Below are positions 45,388-53,994 of a DNA stretch of 64,000 nt, one piece after another. The notes beneath the pieces are model-generated. The model ran no database searches, was not told the DNA's origin, and worked only from the letters and a program-made list of their open reading frames with translations. How positions within the stretch are numbered: the first letter of the stretch is position 1; every line of letters starts with the position of its first letter. This stretch comes from Alphaproteobacteria bacterium (GTDB taxonomy: Bacteria; Pseudomonadota; Alphaproteobacteria; Caulobacterales; Aquidulcibacteraceae). The DNA lies in NCBI GenBank assembly GCA_018971945.1, contig JAGWZH010000002.1, forward strand, positions 503 to 64,502. Direction: 5' to 3'. The translations under genes were made by a program, and so were the position numbers.

Positions 45388-48300
45388 TTATGGCGGCGCG
45401 GGGCCCAAAGGGTCAAGCGACGGATCCGCCGCAGGCGCCGGTTCTTCTTGCGTTGGCGCGCCGATCGCCCGCGGCAGATATCGTCTTGCGTCATTGAGCC
45501 CAGCGCCAGTTTCCACAAGGTCCCTGAACGGCGCATGTATGGAGATGTCGAACTGAAACGGCACGTCGTCCGCCGTCGCGCGCGCCCCAGACAGAGGAAT
45601 GATCGCCGACAAGTCGAGATCCTCTCCCGAGTGCAGTCCCTCCATCTGAAGGTCGACGTCGATATCGCCCGCCAGATCGCCGTTCAAAATGGCTCTCAGC
45701 GCCTGGTATCGAAAGTCCCTGAGCGCGTCGAAGGCGATCTGAGCCATGCCCTCCAGCCCATCCCCCGCTGGGCCGACATAGGCGAGCCGCCCGGGGGCCG
45801 TCGCCTCCAGCGTCCCGTCGACGATGATCGCCGCCGACGGCGTCAGCAGCAGTGGAAAGACGCCCTCCATTTCGCCCTCGATGAGGAGGTCCTTGATCTG
45901 CAGGGCCTGCGCCGCCGCGCTGGCGTCCACCGCGCTCAGCCGCAGCATCAGCATGCTGCTCTCTTGGCCGAGGCTGATCAGGGCCGGGTCAAGGGTGAGA
46001 ACGCCGGAGGCGAACGCCCACTGCGCCGCCTCCAAAGCGATCCGCCCTTGGGGGAGAAGCTGATAGCGCACGGCGCCGTTCTCCAATGCGACGCCCGGAT
46101 TAAAGACCCCAATCTGCACCTCCTGTCCCGGCGGGGTGGAGAAGGCCAATAGATCGTCGAACGTCACCGTGCCGGTGACATCTCGAATGTCCGGCGCGGC
46201 GGGGAGGGCGATGCGGTCGAGGGCGTAGCGGCCTTGTCCGGTGGTGATAAGCGCGCCCTCTGTCCAACGGGCGTCCACCTCGCCGCTCACGCTCCCGTCC
46301 ATATGGATGATCGCGCCCCGAGCATATTCGGTGAGGTCCAACGGCTGCAGGCCGTCGCCAAACGATAAATCCCTGACCGCCAAGCGAGCCGAACCTTCTG
46401 CGGCCTCAAAATCATGCAGTACGCTGAAAGCCCCGATCATCTGACCGTTCGCCGCAAGAACGAGCCCGCCTTCGCCCTGCGCGGTCCCATCCAACAGCGC
46501 GCCAGAGACGCCTGCCAGCAAGAACGGGTTGAATCGCGGCGTGAATGCCGCGGCCTCCGCCCCAGGCGGCGCCCGATCCTCCATGCGGGCCGACGCCTCC
46601 CGAAGCCTGGCCTGCAGGCCCGCACCCATTGGCGCCGCCGACCAGAGCCCAGCCCCTTCGGTGATCGAGAATGGGCTGAAATTGTCATCGATCCGTACCC
46701 CGGTCAAAGTTCCCTCTGCCGACCAGTCTGCGCCGAACGCCGCGTCCGCGGTCAGCGCCTTGGCGGAAACCCTGAGGCTCCGCTGCCCTGCTAAGGAGAG
46801 CGCGTAGGAAGGGTTTTCCAAGGCGATCGACAGAAGCGGCGCAGCGGTCGTCCCGCTCCAGCTTGCGTCGATCCCCGCGACAGCGATCTGCGCTGGGTCA
46901 TCCCCTTGCGCCCCGGTAAGCGTGACGCGCGGCGTCCGAAAGCCGCCTGCCAGCCGCCCAGCGGGATCGAACCGTATCCAAACCCCGTCCTCAGGACAGA
47001 GCGACACCGCGCCCGCCTCCGCCCCCACAAGGGGCGTCTCCAGACGCGCGAAGCGCACCTGCGCACATCCCGGCGGTTGCGAAACGGTCACCGACCCATT
47101 GCGTGCAAACGCCGCTGTCACCCGCAAAGATGTTTCCAGCCCTGTGACGTAGCCTCCCGCCACGGGCCCCGACGCCGTGGCGTCGCCTTCGGCCTCCAGG
47201 AGCCACCCATCGCCAGCGCCGCCTGAGGCCGCCAAGGCGATATCATTGTGAGAGAGGGTGGCCTCATCGCTGCGCCAGATTTGCGCCGCAAGCGTTCCGC
47301 GCGCCCGCCATGCGCCCCCCAGGACGCCCTCAGCATGCGCGTCCTCGAGCGCAAGCCCTCCCAGACGGGCGTCGCCAGCGAACGCGAAATCCAGCGAGCC
47401 GAAACGCAGGATCGCCGCCTCTCGCGGGAGAATCTCGCCAGCCCTGCCGTTGCCGCCGCGCAGCGAAATCGCTTCGGGGAAATGCGCGACCAGGCCGGCG
47501 CCGTCCCGCGATAGCCCAAAAGGAACATTCAAAAATCCGTCAGAGAGGGTCTCCAGGGTCGCTCTTAGCCCGGCCGCGCTCAAATTCTCAAGCGGCGTGC
47601 CCTGCGCCCTCAGCCAAAGCGCGGCCAGCCTTTCCCGTCCGCCGCGGGTCAGCCCAAAGCCTGCAAATTGCGCTTCCCCCTCGACGCTTAGTCCGCCATC
47701 GCGGCTCCAAGCGCCCGCGCCCTCGAGCGCGACGGCGCCGCTGCGAAATCCAAGACCCTGGGCTTGGTCTGCGCGGAGCGTGAACGGCGCCCCGATCAGG
47801 CTCGTGGCGAGCGGCGCAGTCGTCTCCAACCGCGCCTGGCGGAAGATGAAGGGCCCAGCTGCGAGCCGCGCCGCCTCCATCGTCGCCCTGAGCGAGCCGA
47901 AAGGCGCTGAACGCTGATCAGGCAGCCCTCCGCGATAGGCGAGGGCGACCCGGGCCGCGTCGGCCTGAATGCCCCAAAGGCCGAGACGTGCAGCCTCCGC
48001 TGTGAGATCCGCCTCGATCGCCTCCAGGCTCCAAAGCGCCTGCACGACCCCCGCCGCCGCGATGGCGCTGCCGGCTTCGGGCGACAAGACTGCGTTCAGC
48101 CCGTCTGTGTCTCCAAAGAGCGTGGCGTTCACAGCGCTGCCAGGACCCTCCCTCGGCGACAAATGCAGTCTGAGCGTCCCTGAAAGAGCGCCCCGCAATT
48201 CGCCTTGCGCCGACAGATCGGCGCTCAAAAGGCCTAGAGGCGTCGTGAGCTGGACCGTGACGTCGCGAAAGTCCACCCGCAACGCGGGCGCGACCGGCCG

Positions 48301-48696
48301 CTCCTCGCGGTGCGGAGGCCTCAACCGGTCCAAGGCCCCGAGGCTAAGCCCGTTCTGGTCCAATCGCCCCCGAACCTCGACCCCTTGCAGCACAAGGCCT
48401 GACAGCCGAGGGCCCCTGAAGCTCCACGCGAGCATGGCCTGCGCCCGCTGCGCAGAAGCGTCTCTCCCAATGTGAAGCCCGTGCAGCGTGATCCCGCCTA
48501 AGCCCACATCGTCGACGTCGAACTGCGCCGGCGCAGAGCGGCTCGCGAAATACTGGTCAAGAACCCATTCCGCCAAAGGGGTCCGGAACCCCCACAGAGC
48601 CAGCAGCGCCGCCGCAATGGCGAAGCCGCCGCCCCCAAAAGACAGCGCGGCGAGCCTGCAGATCCGGCCAGGGCTTGGCAAGGGCTGTTCGCCCAT
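45388..48696 (-). CDS. ydbH: YdbH-like AsmA-family intermembrane protein
   Basis: 1102 aa with an N-terminal TM anchor (FAIAAALLALWGF) and a long repetitive beta-rich body. It sits immediately upstream of ynbE-ydbL, as in the E. coli ydbH-ynbE-ydbL operon. SD GAGGAG precedes ATG 48696. Confidence 0.8.
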   Translation of the reverse strand: MGEQPLPSPGRICRLAALSFGGGGFAIAAALLALWGFRTPLAEWVLDQYFASRSAPAQFDVDDVGLGGITLHGLHIGRDASAQRAQAMLAWSFRGPRLSGLVLQGVEVRGRLDQNGLSLGALDRLRPPHREERPVAPALRVDFRDVTVQLTTPLGLLSADLSAQGELRGALSGTLRLHLSPREGPGSAVNATLFGDTDGLNAVLSPEAGSAIAAAGVVQALWSLEAIEADLTAEAARLGLWGIQADAARVALAYRGGLPDQRSAPFGSLRATMEAARLAAGPFIFRQARLETTAPLATSLIGAPFTLRADQAQGLGFRSGAVALEGAGAWSRDGGLSVEGEAQFAGFGLTRGGRERLAALWLRAQGTPLENLSAAGLRATLETLSDGFLNVPFGLSRDGAGLVAHFPEAISLRGGNGRAGEILPREAAILRFGSLDFAFAGDARLGGLALEDAHAEGVLGGAWRARGTLAAQIWRSDEATLSHNDIALAASGGAGDGWLLEAEGDATASGPVAGGYVTGLETSLRVTAAFARNGSVTVSQPPGCAQVRFARLETPLVGAEAGAVSLCPEDGVWIRFDPAGRLAGGFRTPRVTLTGAQGDDPAQIAVAGIDASWSGTTAAPLLSIALENPSYALSLAGQRSLRVSAKALTADAAFGADWSAEGTLTGVRIDDNFSPFSITEGAGLWSAAPMGAGLQARLREASARMEDRAPPGAEAAAFTPRFNPFLLAGVSGALLDGTAQGEGGLVLAANGQMIGAFSVLHDFEAAEGSARLAVRDLSFGDGLQPLDLTEYARGAIIHMDGSVSGEVDARWTEGALITTGQGRYALDRIALPAAPDIRDVTGTVTFDDLLAFSTPPGQEVQIGVFNPGVALENGAVRYQLLPQGRIALEAAQWAFASGVLTLDPALISLGQESSMLMLRLSAVDASAAAQALQIKDLLIEGEMEGVFPLLLTPSAAIIVDGTLEATAPGRLAYVGPAGDGLEGMAQIAFDALRDFRYQALRAILNGDLAGDIDVDLQMEGLHSGEDLDLSAIIPLSGARATADDVPFQFDISIHAPFRDLVETGAGLNDARRYLPRAIGAPTQEEPAPAADPSLDPLGPAPP

Positions 48697-48961
48697 CGAT
48701 TGGCTCCTCTTGACAGCGCAGCGGCAGCGCCAACCTATCCCTGTACGCTGCGCTCTGGATGGACGCCCTACTTTTTAGCGCGTCGGCGACAAACAAAGCC
48801 CTTATTCCGGGGCCAAGATAGGGATGAACGTCAAAGCGATCTGGTCGCCTGGATGGGGTGCCAGCTCGCGGTATGGGGTTTGCTTCGGATATCGTTCGCG
48901 AGGCGTCTCGTGTTTGGACGCCGCCCGCGCCGATTGGGGCCCTGATAGGGTGACGCAAACC

Positions 48962-50344
48962 ATGACGCCAGGAACCGCTTCCCCCATTTTCGGCGCCCCT
49001 TGGGCTTCCGGCCCGGCGTCCGGTTTAGCCGCGACCCTTGTGAGCCTTGGATTATGCGCGGCGGCGGCTTTCGGGCTGGCTGGTCCGGGCGGTTCCGGCT
49101 TCATGACCGGCGAAAGATCCGATGCGGTCTTGATGCGGCAAGCCGCCGCCGCCGAGCATGAAAGCTTCCTTGCCGTCTATCGTGACGCCGATCTGGTCTC
49201 CGTTGAAATCCGACCTGGCGAAACCTTCTCCTCGGCCCTTCAGCGGAGCGGGGCCCCTGCAGCCGAAGCCGCCGCCGCGCTCCGCGCCGCTGGGGCCGTC
49301 TTCGCCGTCGGCCAGGTTCGTCCTGGCATGAGCGTCGACCTGACCCTTGAACGCGCCGCTGAAGGCGTCCGCCTCGCGGGTCTCTCTTTCCGCTCCAGCC
49401 CTGGCGAGGCCGTCACGGTCTCCCGCGAGCAGGACGGCGGCTTCAACGCGCGCGCCGTGCAAATGCCGCTGACTTTCGAGATCGCCCGCATCGCCGCTGT
49501 GGTGCAAGGCAGTTTTTATGAAAGCGCGGTCGCCTTAGGGGCGACGGAAGCCGAAGTCGGTCTCTTTGCCGAAGTGTTCGGCTACGACGTGGACTTCCAA
49601 CGCGATATCCGTGAGGGCGACCGGTTCGAAATCGTCTTCGAACGCTTCTTCGACGACCTCGGCCAAACCGTCCGCACCGGCGATCCTCTCTTTTTGGCGC
49701 TAGAAACGCGCCGCGGCTGGCGGACCTATTATCGCTTCCAAGCGAACGCCTCCGACGATCCCGAATGGTATGACGGCGGCGGCCGCAGCGCCCGCACCGC
49801 CCTGATGCGCACGCCTGTCAACGGGGCACGCCTGTCCTCCGGCTTCGGGCTCCGCCTGCATCCAATCCTCGGATACACAAGGATGCACCGCGGCATTGAC
49901 TTCGCCGCCCCCGTCGGCGCCCCCATCATGGCTGCCGGCGACGGGGTCGTGGAGGCCATCGATGTCCGCGGAGGCTACGGGCTCTATGTGCGTCTGCAGC
50001 ACCGCGACGGGTACGAGACTGTCTATGCCCACATGTCCCGCTTCGCGCGCGGCCTGCGGGCAGGCCAACGGGTCGAGCAGGGCCAAACCATCGGCTATGT
50101 CGGCTCCTCCGGAGCCTCGACAGGCCCCCACCTTCATTACGAGGTGCTGGTCAACGGCGCCCATATCAACCCGACCAATCTCAATCTCGGCGTCGGCGCA
50201 AACCTCGAAGGAGACGACCTTGTCGCTTTCATCCAGGAGCGCAACCGCATCGATCGTCTGCGCGACGCCCGCGCGGTCGAGGCCGTCCAGGCGAACTTGA
50301 TCTCCGCCGCCGGGCCCGCTCCACCCGTGCAGCGAGCCCCATAA
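48962..50344 (+). CDS. M23 family metallopeptidase
   Basis: LytM-type motifs HRGIDFAAPVGAPIMAAGDGVV and GSSGASTGPHLHYEV. N-terminal membrane or signal segment. The start is uncertain (48824 or ATG 48962). Confidence 0.85.
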   Translation: MTPGTASPIFGAPWASGPASGLAATLVSLGLCAAAAFGLAGPGGSGFMTGERSDAVLMRQAAAAEHESFLAVYRDADLVSVEIRPGETFSSALQRSGAPAAEAAAALRAAGAVFAVGQVRPGMSVDLTLERAAEGVRLAGLSFRSSPGEAVTVSREQDGGFNARAVQMPLTFEIARIAAVVQGSFYESAVALGATEAEVGLFAEVFGYDVDFQRDIREGDRFEIVFERFFDDLGQTVRTGDPLFLALETRRGWRTYYRFQANASDDPEWYDGGGRSARTALMRTPVNGARLSSGFGLRLHPILGYTRMHRGIDFAAPVGAPIMAAGDGVVEAIDVRGGYGLYVRLQHRDGYETVYAHMSRFARGLRAGQRVEQGQTIGYVGSSGASTGPHLHYEVLVNGAHINPTNLNLGVGANLEGDDLVAFIQERNRIDRLRDARAVEAVQANLISAAGPAPPVQRAP

Positions 50345-50351
50345 ACGCGAG

Positions 50352-50384
50352 GACGGCGCGCCTCCCTAAAGAGAGCGCGCCGTC
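50352..50384. terminator. Hairpin between the convergent M23 peptidase gene and ctrA (possible bidirectional terminator)
   Basis: Perfect 10-bp stem gacggcgcgc / gcgcgccgtc with a 13-nt loop. There is only a weak T-tract (gcgtttat on the ctrA side). Confidence 0.5.
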
Positions 50385-50417
50385 GAGACATGCCGCGTTT
50401 GAAGAGAGGAGGGGGCC

Positions 50418-51113
50418 TCAGGCGACCGCAGTCTCCGCTCCCGGGTCGCGCAGCACATAACCGCGACCCCAGACGGTCTCGATATGGTGTTCGCCGCCCG
50501 TAGCCCCTGCAAGTTTCTTGCGGAGCTTGCAGATGAACACGTCGATAATCTTCAGTTCGGGCTCGTCCATCCCGCCATAAAGATGGTTCAGGAACATTTC
50601 TTTCGTCAGCGTGGTGCCCTTCCGCAAGGACAGAAGCTCCAACATCTGATACTCTTTTCCAGTGAGATGGACGCGCTGGTTGCGGACCTCGACCGTCTTG
50701 GCGTCGAGATTCACGACGATGTCCCCGGTCTTGATGACAGAATGCGCGTGCCCCTTGGACCGACGGACGATCGCATTGATCCGCGCCACCAACTCATCTT
50801 TGTTGAAAGGCTTGGTCATATAGTCGTCTGCGCCGAAGCCGAGACCACGCACCTTGGTGTCGATATCGGCCGTACCCGACAGGATCAGGATGGGGGTATT
50901 CACCCGCGCCACCCGCAACTGCTTCAACACGTCCATGCCGTGCATATCCGGCAAAGACAGGTCAAGCAGGATGATGTCGTAGTCATAGAGCTTGCCGAGG
51001 TCGATGCCTTCCTCGCCCAAGTCGGTCGAATAGATGTTGAAGCCCTCCGACTTCAGCATCATTTCGATGCCTTGAGCCGTGGCGCTGTCGTCTTCGATCA
51101 GCAAGACCCGCAT
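50418..51113 (-). CDS. ctrA: Cell cycle response regulator CtrA
   Basis: Long blocks match Caulobacter CtrA as recalled from memory: [121 protein letters not shown] and [16 protein letters not shown]. Confidence 0.97.
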   Translation of the reverse strand: MRVLLIEDDSATAQGIEMMLKSEGFNIYSTDLGEEGIDLGKLYDYDIILLDLSLPDMHGMDVLKQLRVARVNTPILILSGTADIDTKVRGLGFGADDYMTKPFNKDELVARINAIVRRSKGHAHSVIKTGDIVVNLDAKTVEVRNQRVHLTGKEYQMLELLSLRKGTTLTKEMFLNHLYGGMDEPELKIIDVFICKLRKKLAGATGGEHHIETVWGRGYVLRDPGAETAVA

Positions 51114-51333
51114 GATGCACTCCCCAAAGGGGGGGCAAACTTTGCCCTAACCCTAATAAATGGCGACGCGGCGAGATTCGCGCGTAACCGTTAATGAATT
51201 GTGTTCGTGGAGTGCTTCGTCGGGACGAGCAAGTCGGAATTTCGACCATCGTGCAAGCGGCTCGACCAGTTGTCGAAACACAAGAATATCTCCCTGTTAA
51301 CCAAGCGGACACGGAGGCAGTTCAAAGAACCCT
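51114..51333. promoter_or_regulatory. Divergent ctrA / fliI control region
   Basis: Contains a GANTC site (GATTC, 51175-51179), TTAAC-type half sites (gtaaccgttaatg at 51184-51196 and TTAACCAA at 51297-51304), and the palindrome GGGCAAAcTTTGCCC (51133-51147) in the ctrA leader next to the SD GGGGAG. Confidence 0.5.
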
Positions 51334-52680
51334 ATGGTGCCGTTTGACCGTGAAGGAAAACCCTTGCGCCCCCTGGCCCGTCTCGCCCGCAATATCGAAG
51401 CCTTAACGCCCTTCGAATTCGAGGGGCGCGTCAGGGGCGTCAATGGTCTTGTCATAGAGGCGAGCGGCCCTCTTGAGGCGTTGGTGCTGGGCGCGCGGGC
51501 GCTGATCGAGGGCGAGAGGCCTTTGCGTGGCGAAATCGTCGGCTTTCGCGATGGCCGGGCCCTCCTCATTCCTTACGACGCGGCTGAAAAGATCCGGCCC
51601 GGCGCGCGCGTCCGTTTCGCTGCCGAGCGTCAGACCGTCGCGCCTTGTGCGGCCTGGTTGGGTCAGGTGCTCGACGCGTTCGGCGAACCTCTCGATGGAC
51701 GCCGTTTGCCGCAGGGGCCGACCGCGCGTCCCATCATCGCTCCGCCGCCCACAGCCCATGACCGCGCCCGGGTCGGCGCGCGAATGGATGTCGGCGTCCG
51801 GGCCATCAATCTCTTCGCCGCGCTGTGTCGCGGCCAACGCATGGGCGTCTTTTCCGGCTCTGGGGTCGGGAAGTCCGTCCTGCTTTCAATGCTCGCCAGG
51901 GCCGCTGCCGCCGACATCATTGTGATCGGATTGGTCGGAGAGCGCGGACGAGAGGTGAACGAATTCATTGAAGACATTTTGGGTCCGGAGGGTCGCCGCC
52001 GCTCCGTGGTGGTCGTGGCGACTTCGGACGAAACAGCGGCAAAGCGCCGGATGGCGCCCCATACCGCCTGCGCCATCGCCGAACATTTCCGAGACGAGGG
52101 CCTCGATGTATTGCTGCTGCTCGACAGCGTGACCCGCTTCGCCATGGCCCAGCGCGAGATCGGGCTCGCCGCCGGCGAGCCTCCGGCCACAAAAGCCTAC
52201 ACGCCTTCGGTCTTCGCTGAACTGCCGCGCCTTCTCGAAAGGGCAGGGCCAGGTCATTTCGGCCGCAAGGGATCGATCACTGGCCTGTTCACGGTGCTGG
52301 TCGATGGCGACGACCATAATGAGCCCATCGCCGACGCAGTTCGCGGCATTCTTGACGGCCATATCGTGATGGAGCGCAGCATCGCCGAAAACGGACGCTA
52401 CCCCGCCATCAATATCTTGAAATCAGTCTCTAGATTGATGCCTGATTGCCACACCGAAGACCAGAATGCGCTCGTGCGTCGGGCGCGGGGGCTGATGGCG
52501 GCCTATGCGCAAATGGAGGATTTGATCCGTATTGGCGCTTATAAGCCTGGATCTGACGCAGACATCGATGAAGCGATCCGTCTTCGGAGCGCATTGGAAG
52601 CGGTTTTGAACCAGGGGAAAGACGAGTTCTCCAACATAGAAGAGAGCTTTGAACGCCTTCGCGCAGCTCTTGAGGGATGA
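51334..52680 (+). CDS. fliI: Flagellum-specific ATP synthase FliI
   Basis: Walker A GSGVGKSVLLSML, Walker B VLLLLDSVTRFA, and an F1-ATPase-like fold. fliJ follows. Confidence 0.95.
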   Translation: MVPFDREGKPLRPLARLARNIEALTPFEFEGRVRGVNGLVIEASGPLEALVLGARALIEGERPLRGEIVGFRDGRALLIPYDAAEKIRPGARVRFAAERQTVAPCAAWLGQVLDAFGEPLDGRRLPQGPTARPIIAPPPTAHDRARVGARMDVGVRAINLFAALCRGQRMGVFSGSGVGKSVLLSMLARAAAADIIVIGLVGERGREVNEFIEDILGPEGRRRSVVVVATSDETAAKRRMAPHTACAIAEHFRDEGLDVLLLLDSVTRFAMAQREIGLAAGEPPATKAYTPSVFAELPRLLERAGPGHFGRKGSITGLFTVLVDGDDHNEPIADAVRGILDGHIVMERSIAENGRYPAINILKSVSRLMPDCHTEDQNALVRRARGLMAAYAQMEDLIRIGAYKPGSDADIDEAIRLRSALEAVLNQGKDEFSNIEESFERLRAALEG

Positions 52681-52686
52681 TGGCCT

Positions 52687-53112
52687 ATGCGCGCCTATCA
52701 GGCCCTTCTGCGTCTGGCGACGATCGAGACCGAGACGCGCTCTCGCCTCCTTTCCGAAGCGCTCCAAGCCGAAGCCACAGCAGGGCTTGCGCTTCGTCGG
52801 CATGATGAGTTCGTGTTCAAGGAGCGCGAGGCGGCGATGCAGTCCCACGAGGCTCTCATCGCCTTCGCGAGTTTCTATCAGAGAGCTGGCCGCGACCGGG
52901 CGTCGCTCCTGACCGCTTTAAGCCAGAGCGGCGAGGCGGTGGCTCAAGCGCGCGAGACGCTCGCCGCGGCAGCAGCCGAACAATTCAAGATAGAACGGCT
53001 GATAAAATGGCGCGAAGAACGCGAAGCCCTGGCCGAGGCGCGCCGCGAGCGGGACGCCTTGGACGAGGCGTCCACGCTCAGACACGCCAGAGCCGGACGA
53101 TTAAAGCCCTGA
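52687..53112 (+). CDS. fliJ: Flagellar export protein FliJ
   Basis: 141-aa predicted coiled-coil protein, rich in Ala, Glu and Arg, starting 7 nt after fliI. Position and size match fliJ. Confidence 0.7.
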   Translation: MRAYQALLRLATIETETRSRLLSEALQAEATAGLALRRHDEFVFKEREAAMQSHEALIAFASFYQRAGRDRASLLTALSQSGEAVAQARETLAAAAAEQFKIERLIKWREEREALAEARRERDALDEASTLRHARAGRLKP

Positions 53113-53907
53113 CAAGGATTCCGCGGCGCGCCTGACGTCGTCGAAGGCTGGCGACTGCGGATGCCGCACGATGAGGGGGGTCTGGGCCCGGATGGCGTCG
53201 CTGACCCGTGCGTCTCTGCAGACCACGCCGACGAGCTCGGGGCGCATTCCCAGATATTTGTCGCAGGCCCCTGCGAACTGCTCGAAGACGGCGCGGCCCC
53301 TCTGTTTGCTCTCCGCCATATTGACAAGAACCAGGGGCGGCTTTGTTTCCGCGTGCTGCAGACGCATGACCTTGGCGAAAGCATAAGCGTCAGTCAGCGA
53401 TGTTGGTTCTTCGGTAATGATCAGAACAAGGCGGTCCGCCGTCCGCGCAAAACGCAGTGTCGCTGCGTCAAGGCCCGCAGCGAGATCCAACAAAACAAAA
53501 TCATAATGCGGCGCGGCCTGCCTCACCCCTTGGCAGACAGCGAGCACCTCGTCCGCTGTGATCTGCGCCAAAGCGCCCGTGCCTGAGTGACCTGCCACCA
53601 GATCAAACCCGCCTGGCCTCGCCGGTCCCCCTAGAACCGGCGTGATGGCGGCTTCAAGGCCGACCCATCCACGCACGACCGCCTGAAGATCGGCTTCCGG
53701 CCGGACGCCAAGCTGCACATCGGCGTTGGCCAGGCCGACATCGCAATCGACCAGCAGCGCCCTGCGGCCGAGGCGACCGAACGCTGAGGCCAAGGTGGCG
53801 CTGAACCAGGTCTTGCCGACCCCGCCCTTCCCTGAAGCAATCGCCAGCACCAAGGCCGGCTTGGCTCGGCGGTGCGTGGTGGGAGAGGGAAGGGCCTTCA
53901 TGGGCAT
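53101..53907 (-). CDS. MinD/ParA-family ATPase, FlhG/MotR-like
   Basis: Deviant Walker A ASGKGGVGKT, LVDCD, and DFVLLDLAAGL. It lies downstream of flhA. Its 3' end overlaps fliJ by 12 nt (convergent). Confidence 0.8.
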   Translation of the reverse strand: MPMKALPSPTTHRRAKPALVLAIASGKGGVGKTWFSATLASAFGRLGRRALLVDCDVGLANADVQLGVRPEADLQAVVRGWVGLEAAITPVLGGPARPGGFDLVAGHSGTGALAQITADEVLAVCQGVRQAAPHYDFVLLDLAAGLDAATLRFARTADRLVLIITEEPTSLTDAYAFAKVMRLQHAETKPPLVLVNMAESKQRGRAVFEQFAGACDKYLGMRPELVGVVCRDARVSDAIRAQTPLIVRHPQSPAFDDVRRAAESLSGL

Positions 53908-53994
53908 GGCGACGGCGCTGACGGCTCGTTAAAAGGACCCTCAGCATCGGGCCTTATGGTTGAAAGGCGATGAATCGAAAGCATGAAGAGGCGT

